Sequence record: SRR20825006_2332
Direction: 5' to 3' (one strand)
Length of the DNA: 64,000 nucleotides
Shown one piece after another: positions 39,901 to 49,159 of the stretch (position 1 is its first letter; each line of letters starts with the position of its first letter). The position numbers and the translations under genes were made by a program. The notes under the pieces were generated by a model. That model was not told where the DNA came from. It saw nothing but the letters and a program-made list of their open reading frames with translations, and ran no database searches.

Positions 39901-42900
39901 CGAAAGCGCAGCCGGTGTGGTTGCGATGGAATCGTGACTGACGTGTCGTTGCCCGATTCGGCTGGGGCACGTCGCTTCACCAACCGTCCCAAGTGACGCG
40001 TGCCATCTCGGTAGGCAACGTGATCTTCGTCGTCCGCAGCAATCACCTCCGCCGCGATAACCAGTCCATTGGATTGATTGGAAGCGGACGGATCCAACTC
40101 CAACAAAGATGGTTTGAGATCTGCCAACTCCATCATCGCGACGCGAATCATTCCCCACAAAGGTGCATGAACCAAGTCGATAGATGGCTCGGATTCAGAG
40201 ACCGATTGCGTCCCCGTTGTGACGTGCCACCAACCGCGAAAATGTTTGCTCACCGGAACGTGTGTGATTGCCGATCGGATCTGTTTGAGGGCCGACTGAC
40301 AAACCGCCACCGCATCATCGGCTGGATTGCTCAATTCTCCGCTCGGGTCCCAAAGCGTGATGAGTGCCGCAAGTGGCAGGGTCGACTCGGATTTCTCGGC
40401 GAGGGTTTTCAGATCTCCGTCCAAGTCTCCTTCGACGACTTCGGCCCCAAAACCAACGAGTTGCTTGGCCAAAGAATCTCGACGTGATCCTGGATCCCCC
40501 AACAACCAAACATGCTTTCCCTCCAAGTCACTTGCATCGGGCAACGACTCGGTGGCTTGCCAATCGATTTGGTAGAGCGAATCGTCAAGCGATTCCGACT
40601 TTCCACCACCAACGCGTCCGACCCGGGTGACACGAACACCGGTCCATTCTGCAACGACTTCATCACGCTCGTTGACCAACCAAACGTCGCCTTCAACGAA
40701 CTCGGGGTCCAAGACGTCGCCCGACGATGAACGTCGACCATAGGTGCGAAGCTTCCCTTCGGGTCGCTGGTACACAACTGCCCGCGAGACTTTCGTCGGC
40801 ATGTACGTCGCTTCGCTGAACGTGTCGTGATCAGGTCGCGGCACCAAAGCCGAGAACGTTTGCATCAGCGCATCGCCCAGGACGGGATGCAGAATGTAAT
40901 CATCCAATTCGGCACAAGTGGCGTCATCGCATTGGACTTGTCCCAACGCTTCGTCAATCGAGTAGTCGATGCGATGCAACATTCGGAAACGGGGCCCGTA
41001 CTCCAATCGACGATGCGACATCAGGTCATAAAACTCATCGTGATCCTTGCCACCCACGAATCGCTGAGCGACGGTCGCCAAACCCGGTGGAGGCGGCACG
41101 ACTTCCACATCGACCGAATCGCCTACTTGCTCGGCTGGAACCAGTGACGCGGACATATGCCGTTGCCATGAATCGTTCGCATCGACGCGATCACGAGAAT
41201 AAACCTCCAGCGAAAGACTCTCATCGACGATCGTCTGGAACGTTTTCCAGCGATCTTCACTGACGAACATGGCTTGTTCGATGTTGGCATCCGTTACCGC
41301 ATGTTTTCCTGGACCAAAACGGTCTCTCGCTGCTGCGAAGGCGACCTCAACAAAAGCGGCTCCGGGCAAATTGACTGAACCTTGTACCGCGTGATCGGCC
41401 AAGAACTCCGGCGACCGGGCTGACAATGCGTTCTCGTACAAACGACTTCGCAGTGCTGATGGTTGCAATCGCCCCAACATTGGGTGCAGCAACTCACCCG
41501 TTCCAGTGCGATTGCGAGATGGATCCTCGACGATTTCATCGGATGGATCCAACCAGTATCGTTGACGATCAAAAGGGTAGGTGGGCAAGACCAAACGCTG
41601 CCGCTTCCACGGCTGGTCAAACGCTTTCCAATCAATTTTTCCGCCGCGAGCGTGCACGTCGCCCACCGCTTCGAACAACGTCGTTTCGTCGTCCTTGCCC
41701 GACCGCAGCGAGGTTGCCCAGGTGGCGGATGATTCCGGCAAACAACGCTTGCCCATACCGGTCAAAATCGGCGATGGCCCCACTTCCAACATGACGTCGA
41801 TATCCATCTCCGCCAATGCTCGCATACTTGGTTCAAAGCGGACCGCGTTGCGGATGTGGTCGCACAGATAGTCTGCGTCCCAAACCTTCGTCCATTGCTC
41901 ACCGGTTAGGTTGCTGATCAAAGGGATGCGAGGTGATTTGAATTCACACTGTTCGGCAATTTGTCGGAACTCATCCAACATCGGTTCCATCAATTGCGAA
42001 TGGAACGCATGTGATACCTGCAAAGCCTTCGAAGCGATGCCAGCTTCATCGCAGTGTTTTGCAAACGCATCCAAATCCGATTGCGGACCGGAGACGACCG
42101 TGTTCTGCGGCCCATTTTCGGCGGCGATCGACAATGATCCGCTGACGGACGATTGGAATTCGCGAAGTCGATTGGTGATGACTTCCGCCGATTCAAACAT
42201 CGCTGTCATTCCGCCACCGGCCGGCAACTCGCCCATCAACCGCCCACGGTGTGCGATCAAGATCAACGCGTCCTCCAGCGAGACGACGCCGGCAACACAT
42301 GCCGCCGCGAATTCGCCGACGCTGTGGCCGAGAACGACGTTCGGCTTCAACCCCCACGACAACCACAGCTGTGCCAGCGAATACTCAATCGCGAAAAGTG
42401 CGGGTTGGGTGTATCGCGTTTGGTGAACCAGCTCAATGTCGGGACCTTCACCGTACAAAACATCAAGCAATCGTTTCGGCAGAACCTTTGCCAAGAGTTC
42501 GTCACAACGCTTCATCGACTTTCGAAACACCGGTTGCGTTTCGAACAAGCCACGCCCCATCCCCGGAGCCTGTGAACCTTGGCCGGTAAACAAGAACGCG
42601 GTTCGAGTCGCCCGACTGGTCACCGTTTGCCCGCTTCGGATGCCGGGACCTTTTTTGCCTTCGCTTAACTGAGTCAGCTGACGGTGAAGTTGCTTCGCGT
42701 CTTCGAAAACCACAGCGGCTCGGTGCGTGTGATGAACGCGGCCGACGTTCATCGTGTGTGCCACATCCGCCACATGATCGTTGGTGCGATCGAGATGCTG
42801 TTCCAATCGCGAAGCGACCTCCGCGATGGCGGCGTCGCTTTTGCCGCTCAGACTCAACACGTGCTGCGTTCGATCCTTCGTGTCGGATTGCTTCGACGTG

Positions 42901-44363
42901 GAAGGCTCGACCGTTTGCTTCGCCAGGTACTGTTGCATCACGAGGTGAGTGTTGGCCCCACCAAATCCAAACGAGCTGACTCCCGCCACCAAAGGCTCAT
43001 CATCGACCGGCCAAGGTGGCGACTGAGCAGGTATGACGATGCGTGACCGCTTCAGCGACATTCGCGGGTTGAGCTTGTTCAGATGAAGCTGACCTGGAAT
43101 CGTTTGGTGGCGCATCATCAACAACAACTTGATGATGCCGGCCACACCCGAAACGGTTTCCATGTGACCCACGTTGGCTTTCACGCTGGTCACATAGCAA
43201 GGCGGATCGACGCCGGGCTTACCAGAGAACACTTGCGTCAACGCATCAACTTCGATCGGATCACCTAGCGGCGTCCCGGTGCCGTGTGCTTCGATGTAGT
43301 TGACTCGTGAGGCAGGCAAGCCTGCTTCGCCAAGAGCGGTTCGAATGACCGCTTGCTGCGACACACCGTTGGGTGCGGTGATGCCACTGGTTCGGCCGTC
43401 TTGATTGGTCGCGCTGGCCAGGATGGTTCCCCAGATGCGATCACCGTCTCGTTCGGCGTCACTCAACCGTTTCAGCAACAGCATGCCGCAACCTTCACCA
43501 CGGACGTAGCCGTTGGCATCGGCATCGAATGGCCGGCACTGACCGTCCGGCGACAACATCCGCGCCTTAGAAAAGGCGATCGTTGTTTCGGGGGTCAAGA
43601 TTGCATTGACGCCACCGGCCAGTGCAGCATCGCACTCGCCAGCGCGTAGACTCTGCACGGCCAAGTGAATCGCCATCGTCGAAGACGAACACGCGGTATC
43701 AATCGCCATGCTGGGACCGCGAAGGTCCATGATGTAAGACAATCGATTGGCCGCGATCGAAAGCGCGTTGCCGGTCCCAACATGCGCGTCGATGTACTGG
43801 TAGTAACCATCGTAGGTCGAAGGAACTTTGGAATAATCGGTGCCGCCAATTCCGACGTAAGCACCAACCGGCGTTCCCGCCAAACTGGTCACCGGGATGC
43901 CGGCGATCTCAAACGCTTCCCAACTGACTTCCAACAACAGTCGTTGCTGAGGATCCATCCGCGCCGCTTCGCGAGGCGAGATGCCGAAAAACTTCGGATC
44001 GAACTGGTCAATGTTGTCGACCATACCCGCGCGACGGACCGACATGCGGCCCGCTTTCTGGCCAGTCGGGTCGTAAAGAGAATCCACATCCCAGCGTTCC
44101 GGTGGGATCTCCGCGGTCGCATCGATGCCTTCGGAGATGACCTTCCAATACGCATCCAAATCGGGCGCACCGGGAAAGCGGCATGAGACACCCACAATCG
44201 CGATTGGCTCGACGGCGGCTTTGGATTGGCCGGAATCGGCGGGCTGGGTGGCGGGAGCAGACGTCGAAGATGACGAACGGGCCAAGCGTTTTCGCAGTGC
44301 CGCTCTCTGTTCTGGAGAGAGCTTCGCGAGACGTTCGGAAAGATCACGTTCGGGTGAATTCAC
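36948..44363 (-). CDS. Type I polyketide synthase KS-AT-DH-ER-KR-ACP-TE
   Basis: KS DTACSSS, HGTGT and NVGH; AT GHSVG and HAFH; DH HAVQGSVNLP; ER HAGAGGVG; KR GGTGAIG, LQD and YAAAN; ACP GMDSL; TE GWSAG and GDHF. Confidence 0.95.
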   Translation of the reverse strand: MNSPERDLSERLAKLSPEQRAALRKRLARSSSSTSAPATQPADSGQSKAAVEPIAIVGVSCRFPGAPDLDAYWKVISEGIDATAEIPPERWDVDSLYDPTGQKAGRMSVRRAGMVDNIDQFDPKFFGISPREAARMDPQQRLLLEVSWEAFEIAGIPVTSLAGTPVGAYVGIGGTDYSKVPSTYDGYYQYIDAHVGTGNALSIAANRLSYIMDLRGPSMAIDTACSSSTMAIHLAVQSLRAGECDAALAGGVNAILTPETTIAFSKARMLSPDGQCRPFDADANGYVRGEGCGMLLLKRLSDAERDGDRIWGTILASATNQDGRTSGITAPNGVSQQAVIRTALGEAGLPASRVNYIEAHGTGTPLGDPIEVDALTQVFSGKPGVDPPCYVTSVKANVGHMETVSGVAGIIKLLLMMRHQTIPGQLHLNKLNPRMSLKRSRIVIPAQSPPWPVDDEPLVAGVSSFGFGGANTHLVMQQYLAKQTVEPSTSKQSDTKDRTQHVLSLSGKSDAAIAEVASRLEQHLDRTNDHVADVAHTMNVGRVHHTHRAAVVFEDAKQLHRQLTQLSEGKKGPGIRSGQTVTSRATRTAFLFTGQGSQAPGMGRGLFETQPVFRKSMKRCDELLAKVLPKRLLDVLYGEGPDIELVHQTRYTQPALFAIEYSLAQLWLSWGLKPNVVLGHSVGEFAAACVAGVVSLEDALILIAHRGRLMGELPAGGGMTAMFESAEVITNRLREFQSSVSGSLSIAAENGPQNTVVSGPQSDLDAFAKHCDEAGIASKALQVSHAFHSQLMEPMLDEFRQIAEQCEFKSPRIPLISNLTGEQWTKVWDADYLCDHIRNAVRFEPSMRALAEMDIDVMLEVGPSPILTGMGKRCLPESSATWATSLRSGKDDETTLFEAVGDVHARGGKIDWKAFDQPWKRQRLVLPTYPFDRQRYWLDPSDEIVEDPSRNRTGTGELLHPMLGRLQPSALRSRLYENALSARSPEFLADHAVQGSVNLPGAAFVEVAFAAARDRFGPGKHAVTDANIEQAMFVSEDRWKTFQTIVDESLSLEVYSRDRVDANDSWQRHMSASLVPAEQVGDSVDVEVVPPPPGLATVAQRFVGGKDHDEFYDLMSHRRLEYGPRFRMLHRIDYSIDEALGQVQCDDATCAELDDYILHPVLGDALMQTFSALVPRPDHDTFSEATYMPTKVSRAVVYQRPEGKLRTYGRRSSSGDVLDPEFVEGDVWLVNERDEVVAEWTGVRVTRVGRVGGGKSESLDDSLYQIDWQATESLPDASDLEGKHVWLLGDPGSRRDSLAKQLVGFGAEVVEGDLDGDLKTLAEKSESTLPLAALITLWDPSGELSNPADDAVAVCQSALKQIRSAITHVPVSKHFRGWWHVTTGTQSVSESEPSIDLVHAPLWGMIRVAMMELADLKPSLLELDPSASNQSNGLVIAAEVIAADDEDHVAYRDGTRHLGRLVKRRAPAESGNDTSVTIPSQPHRLRFRQTGSFDSLYFEPMERETPQGSEVELRVNAAGLNFSDVLKVMGLYPGITDKVVPLGIECSGVVTAVGKDAKRFQVGDQVMGVAPFSFGSHAKTPEYTLVKRPAGMDDVEAATIPIAFLTAWYGLVHLADVQPGERVLIHAGAGGVGLAATQIAQYLGAEIIATAGSDEKREFLRECGVKHVFNSRTTEFADDIRRAFSGEGVDVVLNSLPGEAIPKSLGVLNAYGRFLEIGKTDIYQDRKVGLLPFQDNLSYHAIDLDRVLRQRPAKIEKLWAELAERFEAGDLQPIACTEFDQTEMVETFRYMAQRKNIGKVITRMSTIATTDAVPQEEASESTVLITGGTGAIGLKLAKHLINDGATSIALLSRRQPVGDVAAKIDALKQDADSVQVTVLQGDVGELDSLRSALKQLPGSLPPIRHVYHAAGVLQDGLLMDMTEEQLRVPMGPKIQGGWNLHVATKDLPIETFVLFSSIAACLGSPGQANYAAANGFLDALSEYRREKGLPATSIAWGPWAESGMAATEDRSSQLESRGMRLLPANACFQTMQQLIDAGDQYVAVMDVDWPAMTKSMRRSRPFFAEFADRSQVDGKASVDQVDHEFRAQLSEVPESERTERLRRYFASELARLMGWEAEQIDVKQKLSELGMDSLIAMELKNNLEQRLAITIPMSALVESPSINSLVGHVVSQFADEDGEMKKASEKSKEPGGDRTALIVPLKADGARSPWLCIHPLGGSTACYSEFSQQVDDDQPVYALVGGGSDGVSEPPASLDAMMEEYVELVQAQFGEDELRLIGWSAGGVFALELARRLENEGRSNVAVTLLDTPLPSIYRNVDPNDDVQFVADLVQFSNAFSGTDMYLSAEELEDARGTDQIWQRVLEEAQRAGVLSQSASPDMVRKLIDTSRQHVQFIKSYEIDPASPSVQLILPVKTTALEGSSGERWTDHLDWASHLDSEVIVEQTDGDHFTMLLGEQAKELAKRMEQHAAAK

Positions 44364-44620
44364 GATGCAGTGTTCAGGTTAGACGTTCAGGCGGAGGGCG
44401 AACCGATTCGCGGAGCCGAGGATCCATCACAAGTTTGCTTAAGCGACCAAGAATTACTAGCACGGAGGTGACTTATCAAAGCCTCGATTGTGAGTCGTCG
44501 TTTCGGCGATTTGCATCTATACTAACGCCGAAACCGCCTCACCAATTGGCCCGCATCTCGCCGGAGCGGCCCACCAGGTTTCGTGAGACGTCCTCCTTTC
44601 CTTTTGCCAACGATTTCTAG

Positions 44621-45442
44621 ATGCCGATTCGCTTGCAATGCTCCTGTGGCAAACAACTCAGCGTCCGCGATGAATTTGCCGGAAAAGCGGTGAAATGCCC
44701 GGGCTGCAGCAAGGGAATTCGCGTGCCTGCGGCAGGTGGGGGGGGTAAAACAGCCACAGCGAAAACGGCAAAACCCAAAACGGCCGCTGCTCGTCCCGCT
44801 GCGGCTCGACCAGCACCCGCGGCACCACAATCAGATTCTCTGGACGATTTGTTCGCCGAAGAAGGTTTTGACCGCCAAGTTTTCGCGGTTTGCCCGTCCT
44901 GCAAATCCGAGATGGCAGCCGGGGCCGTTTTGTGCACCAAATGTGGCTACAACAAAGAAACCGGTACCAGTTTGGAGAGCCACAAGGTTGCTGGCGTCGA
45001 TATCGACATGGGCACCCTGGCGCTCATGAAAGCGGAACAGGACATGGTCCGCGATGTGGCCTTGCAAGAAAAAATGCACAAAGGTGCAGGCATGCCCCCG
45101 TGGATGCTGGCCCTGATTCTCTTCATCCTCGGCAGTGCCGTCACGATCGCGGTTTTGGCCGTGAACGCTTCCCGCCGAGTCGAACAATTGCAGTTCAAAC
45201 CACTGCAGATGTTCTGCAACCTGGGTGGCGCCGCGTTTGCGATGGTCGCCATCGGTGCGGTGCTGACACTGATTGCTCGCGCATTCAAAGTCAGCCGCAA
45301 CGAGGGTTTGTTGTCGCTGACAATTCTCTACGTCCCCGTCTTTGTGATCCGGCATTTCCGCGACAATTGGAAAGCGGCAATGACGGCGATCATCTGTGGC
45401 GGTTGTGCTGGCGGCTTCTTCGCCGCTGCTTCTCGCATGTGA
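44621..45442 (+). CDS. Double zinc-ribbon membrane protein
   Basis: CSCGK...CPGC, Ala/Pro/Lys linker, CPSC...CTKC, then about four TM helices. Confidence 0.75.
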   Translation: MPIRLQCSCGKQLSVRDEFAGKAVKCPGCSKGIRVPAAGGGGKTATAKTAKPKTAAARPAAARPAPAAPQSDSLDDLFAEEGFDRQVFAVCPSCKSEMAAGAVLCTKCGYNKETGTSLESHKVAGVDIDMGTLALMKAEQDMVRDVALQEKMHKGAGMPPWMLALILFILGSAVTIAVLAVNASRRVEQLQFKPLQMFCNLGGAAFAMVAIGAVLTLIARAFKVSRNEGLLSLTILYVPVFVIRHFRDNWKAAMTAIICGGCAGGFFAAASRM

Positions 45443-45446
45443 TGAA

Positions 45447-46592
45447 TCAGGAGTCGCCATCCAGTGGCGGCTCGATTTGAACATCGCCTTCGGACGTCCA
45501 ACGAATTTGATTTGTTCTAACTCGAAGTTGACGGCCAGTGATCCGTCGCTCGCCGCTCGTATCTGAATTCCGAACTGCTGACGGATTCCAAATCGAAGTC
45601 AAATTTTCGTTGATCATTTGCCGGATACCGATGTAAGACGTCGTCAGTCGCGGATTGATTTCAATCACGCAGTCGTCTTCCATTCGGTCCCCCAAGACAA
45701 CATCGATCCCCAGGAAACCACGCAATGGTTCCGGCAGAGCACGCGTGACTTGCTCGGCAAGCGAGACGACTCGCGATTGCAGTTCGGTTTCAATCGGTCC
45801 ACTGCCGCCGGTGTAGCAGACAGTGCAAACATCGGTTTGAATCGCATTGCCGGAATCATCTTCTCGCAACCGACAGTGCTGCCAAACCGCGGGACAGATG
45901 ACTAGATCCGAAACTTCTATCGCTCCGCCCAACACCAACACAGATGCGGGCCGCCCCTCGATCCATGCTTGAACGAGATTGTTGCTTGGCATCGTTGAGC
46001 AAGCCGACTTCCAATCGTCGAAAACAACAATGGAATCGGAACCGCACCCGTCACGTGGCTTTCGCACCCAACGTTTCGCGTCCAAACCAATGGGACCAAT
46101 TCCGTTTGATCGGCGTGCTTCACTCGCGGTGAGATTCGATTCCATCGCCCAGGTCTGCGGCGTTGGGATGGCATGTTCCATCAACCATTTCGCGGTGAAC
46201 CATTTGTCACTGGCCATGCGAAGTGTTGCCAGGTCAGTGGCCAAAACATCGACTCCCGCCTCACGAAAAGTTTGAATCATCCCGCCGAGTTCATCATCGG
46301 TTTCGGGTGCAACAACGAGGGCGATGTCACAGGATTTGGCGATGGTCAACCATTGCTCTCGGACGTTTTCGCCGGATCGGAGCGGAATGCAAACAACCGA
46401 ATCAGGCATTCGATCGACTCGCAAATTCAACCTGGGATCGATCGGCGTGACCACTTGGGCCCATTCGGCGAAATCGGTGACCAGTGCTCGCCACATCGCG
46501 AGACCTTCGCGGAGCAGCGAAGAAGAGATTTGATCCTCGTGCGTGGACGCCATCCCACCACCACACAGAAATTCGCCAACAAAGACTCGCAT
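45447..46592 (-). CDS. ATP-grasp ligase, MfnD (tyramine-glutamate ligase)-like
   Basis: N-terminal RVFVGEFLCGGG...EGLAM, then VAPETD, SDKW, KPRDGCGS, GFLGIDVV and EINPRLTTSYIG. Confidence 0.75.
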   Translation of the reverse strand: MRVFVGEFLCGGGMASTHEDQISSSLLREGLAMWRALVTDFAEWAQVVTPIDPRLNLRVDRMPDSVVCIPLRSGENVREQWLTIAKSCDIALVVAPETDDELGGMIQTFREAGVDVLATDLATLRMASDKWFTAKWLMEHAIPTPQTWAMESNLTASEARRSNGIGPIGLDAKRWVRKPRDGCGSDSIVVFDDWKSACSTMPSNNLVQAWIEGRPASVLVLGGAIEVSDLVICPAVWQHCRLREDDSGNAIQTDVCTVCYTGGSGPIETELQSRVVSLAEQVTRALPEPLRGFLGIDVVLGDRMEDDCVIEINPRLTTSYIGIRQMINENLTSIWNPSAVRNSDTSGERRITGRQLRVRTNQIRWTSEGDVQIEPPLDGDS

Positions 46593-46605
46593 GCGGAGAT
46601 CGCCG

Positions 46606-46998
46606 TCAGCGACTTTCCAGATTTGGCAAACGAGCCAGTTTGCCGGTTCGATCGACGCACGCGATTACCGAATCCGCTTCGACGATCAATTGGTCGCCAC
46701 GATGAATCTGGTAAAGATGTCGCATACGAACTTTGCGAATTTCGACCACGGTGGTCGTCAACTCCAACCAATCATCGAACTCGGCGGGAGCGAAGTACTT
46801 CACGTTCATTTCAGCGACAACCAACATTCGGCCATCGTCTTCGATCGCTTTGTAGTTGTGCCCGAGATCGCGCAGCATCTCGACACGACCACGCTCGAAG
46901 TAATTGAGGTAGTTGGCATGGTGGACTCGACGTTGCCCATCGGTTTCCTGATAGGCCACGCGAAATCCGTACTTGTGCGTGGGCAGCGAATCGGTCAC
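46606..46998 (-). CDS. Acyl-CoA thioesterase, YbgC/FadM family
   Basis: RVAYQETDGQRRVHHANYLNYFERGR hotdog-fold motif. Confidence 0.9.
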   Translation of the reverse strand: MTDSLPTHKYGFRVAYQETDGQRRVHHANYLNYFERGRVEMLRDLGHNYKAIEDDGRMLVVAEMNVKYFAPAEFDDWLELTTTVVEIRKVRMRHLYQIHRGDQLIVEADSVIACVDRTGKLARLPNLESR

Positions 46999-47003
46999 CG
47001 CGA

Positions 47004-47324
47004 CTAAAAGATGCCGAGGTGATCGCGAGCTTCATCGGTCATGCAATCTGGAGTCCATGCTGGCTCCATGACGACCTTCACGTCACAAGTGTCGACCTCT
47101 TCGAGTGACTCAGCGGCGTTTTTGGTTCCTGCGACCAACTGAGGACCAGCTGGACACATGGGACTGGTCATCGTCATCTCAACATTGACGTCGTGACGGC
47201 CGTCCTCTTTTTCCTCACCGACTTGAACGACATACACCAATCCCAGGTCAACAATGTTGACGTACAACTCGGGATCGATGACCTCTTTGAGGGCTTCGCG
47301 GACTTTGTCTTCGGCCAGAGCCAT
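47004..47324 (-). CDS. Metal-sulfur cluster assembly factor (DUF59/SufT-like)
   Basis: VIDPELYVNIVDLGLVY, MTMTSPMCP and PAWTPDCM. Start chosen at ATG 47324. Confidence 0.9.
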   Translation of the reverse strand: MALAEDKVREALKEVIDPELYVNIVDLGLVYVVQVGEEKEDGRHDVNVEMTMTSPMCPAGPQLVAGTKNAAESLEEVDTCDVKVVMEPAWTPDCMTDEARDHLGIF

Positions 47325-47385
47325 TGGAATGCTCGTTGAATCACGTGGTTGGGAATCGTTTGCCGACGTCGACGTGTAGACGCGG

Positions 47386-47976
47386 TCAGTCAGAAAGTCG
47401 GCCGGAGGCGACTCTCGCGAGATGTTCATCATGGCTGCCACCCCCGAAATCGTCAAACCGATCGGTCGGCGGATTGGCGATCGGGGGTGGATCAACGTTT
47501 CGCCCGTGTTTAGCTGAAGTCGCCCCCAATCTCCGCCGATCAGATTGCTCCAATTGCTCCGCCGACACGGGCGCGGATTGCGTGACGTGAACCCATGGTC
47601 GCAGCGAATGCAATAATTTCGGCCCGACGCCGTGAACTGCCAACAAATCTTCGACCGATGCAAAAGGGCCGTGAGATTCGCGATGCCGGACAACCCGATC
47701 GGCCAATTTTGGACCAATTCCTGGCAACAATGACAATTCACGAGCGTCAGACGAGTTCAGTCCAATGCTCAATTTGGCAGACGCTTCCGGCGATCGACCA
47801 CCGGTTTCGACACCCGATCGCAACGTGGTCCTTTGCATCCAAGCGACCGCGGCGATCAAAACCAAGACGCTCATCCCCAACTGCAATCCGGAATGAGTCA
47901 GAACGCACGTTGTCCGATCAGCGTGCCCCGCGTCAGCAGCAGTCTGGTTCTGGCCTTCAGTGGCGAGCATCGACAT
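47386..47976 (-). CDS. ComEA-like helix-hairpin-helix DNA-binding membrane protein
   Basis: One TM segment, then LNSSDARELSLLPGIGPKLA and LLAVHGVGPK. Start is uncertain. Confidence 0.8.
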   Translation of the reverse strand: MSMLATEGQNQTAADAGHADRTTCVLTHSGLQLGMSVLVLIAAVAWMQRTTLRSGVETGGRSPEASAKLSIGLNSSDARELSLLPGIGPKLADRVVRHRESHGPFASVEDLLAVHGVGPKLLHSLRPWVHVTQSAPVSAEQLEQSDRRRLGATSAKHGRNVDPPPIANPPTDRFDDFGGGSHDEHLARVASGRLSD

Positions 47977-48224
47977 TCCTGATCGAGCGTCCTTTCGTGG
48001 AAATCTTCTGCGAGCGTCTCGTCGCTGCGAGCCCATTCTGGAATCGAGGCAGGGCGTGACAACGCGTAAGAGTCGCACCGCTCGAATCAAAGGCGAATCA
48101 CGACAACCAACACAACTCCGCAGGCGGCCAATCGTCCGACCTGTTGGTTCGATTGTGGGGGCGTTAGATTGAAGCTTTTGCAGCGTAATCGCAGTTCGTT
48201 TCCTCTCACAGACGGTTCCATTCG

Positions 48225-49064
48225 GTGGCAGATTCAACAGGCCCGATTTCCCTCACAGTTCATGGTGCAGCCGGTCGCATGGGACGCCGAGTCGTGGCAC
48301 TCGGTTTGGCGGACCCTAACTTCCAATTGGTAGGTGCCATCGATCACGCCAAGTCGGATCACCTCGGCCAAGATTCAGGTGCCGTGGCCGGCGAAGCTCC
48401 CTCGGGCGTTGAAATTTCTTCGCATTGGCCGGTGCTCGACGCTGCAGCCACCAACCAAGCCGTGATCGATTTTTCGCTTCCCGAAGCCATCGACGGATGC
48501 GTCGAACACTGCGTCAAGGTTGGCTCACCGTTGGTCGTTGCGACGACGGGTTTGTCTGACGAACAAAAGCAAAACCTGTCCGAAGCTGCTGCGTCGATTC
48601 CAGTCGTCTGGGCACCGAGCATGTCGTTGGCGGTCAATTTGTCGATGAAGATTGCCGAACAGATCACCGCCGCATTGAAGGATGTCGCCGGCGGTTTGGA
48701 CGTTGAGATTCTGGAGCGACACCACCGATTCAAAGCAGACGCACCGAGCGGCACTGCTCTGAAGTTTGGTGAACTGATTGCTGGACAGTTGGGTGAATCC
48801 ACCTCGCATGTTCACGGTCGAGAAGGTCACACGGGTGCTCGAACCCGCGAAGAAATTGGCTATCACGCCATTCGCGTGGGCGACAATCCGGGCGAACACA
48901 CGATCGTGTTTGGCATGCTGGGCGAAAAAATCGAGCTCAACGTCGCCGCCAGTAATCGTGATTGCTATGCGTCCGGTGCGTTGGCTGCGGCCAAATGGCT
49001 GATTCACCAGAACAAGGGCCCAGGCCTGTACAGCATGTTCGATGTGCTGGGCATGTCCAACTGA
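48225..49064 (+). CDS. dapB: 4-hydroxy-tetrahydrodipicolinate reductase
   Basis: GAAGRMG, IDFS, VATTG, EILERHHRFKADAPSGTA and GEH motifs. Confidence 0.95.
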   Translation: MADSTGPISLTVHGAAGRMGRRVVALGLADPNFQLVGAIDHAKSDHLGQDSGAVAGEAPSGVEISSHWPVLDAAATNQAVIDFSLPEAIDGCVEHCVKVGSPLVVATTGLSDEQKQNLSEAAASIPVVWAPSMSLAVNLSMKIAEQITAALKDVAGGLDVEILERHHRFKADAPSGTALKFGELIAGQLGESTSHVHGREGHTGARTREEIGYHAIRVGDNPGEHTIVFGMLGEKIELNVAASNRDCYASGALAAAKWLIHQNKGPGLYSMFDVLGMSN

Positions 49065-49092
49065 GCCCATCACAGTCCCAGGGCCCATCCCT

Positions 49093-49157
49093 CTACGACG
49101 CACGCCCCTCAACGACGCATGGCCCTCAATAACGCGCGGACCCAAGACGCACGGAAT
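49093..49157 (+). repeat. Degenerate ~17-bp tandem repeat (about 4 units)
   Basis: CTACGACGCACGCCCCT / CAACGACGCATGGCCCT / CAATAACGCGCGGACCC / AAGACGCACGGAAT. Confidence 0.5.
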
Positions 49158-49159
49158 CA

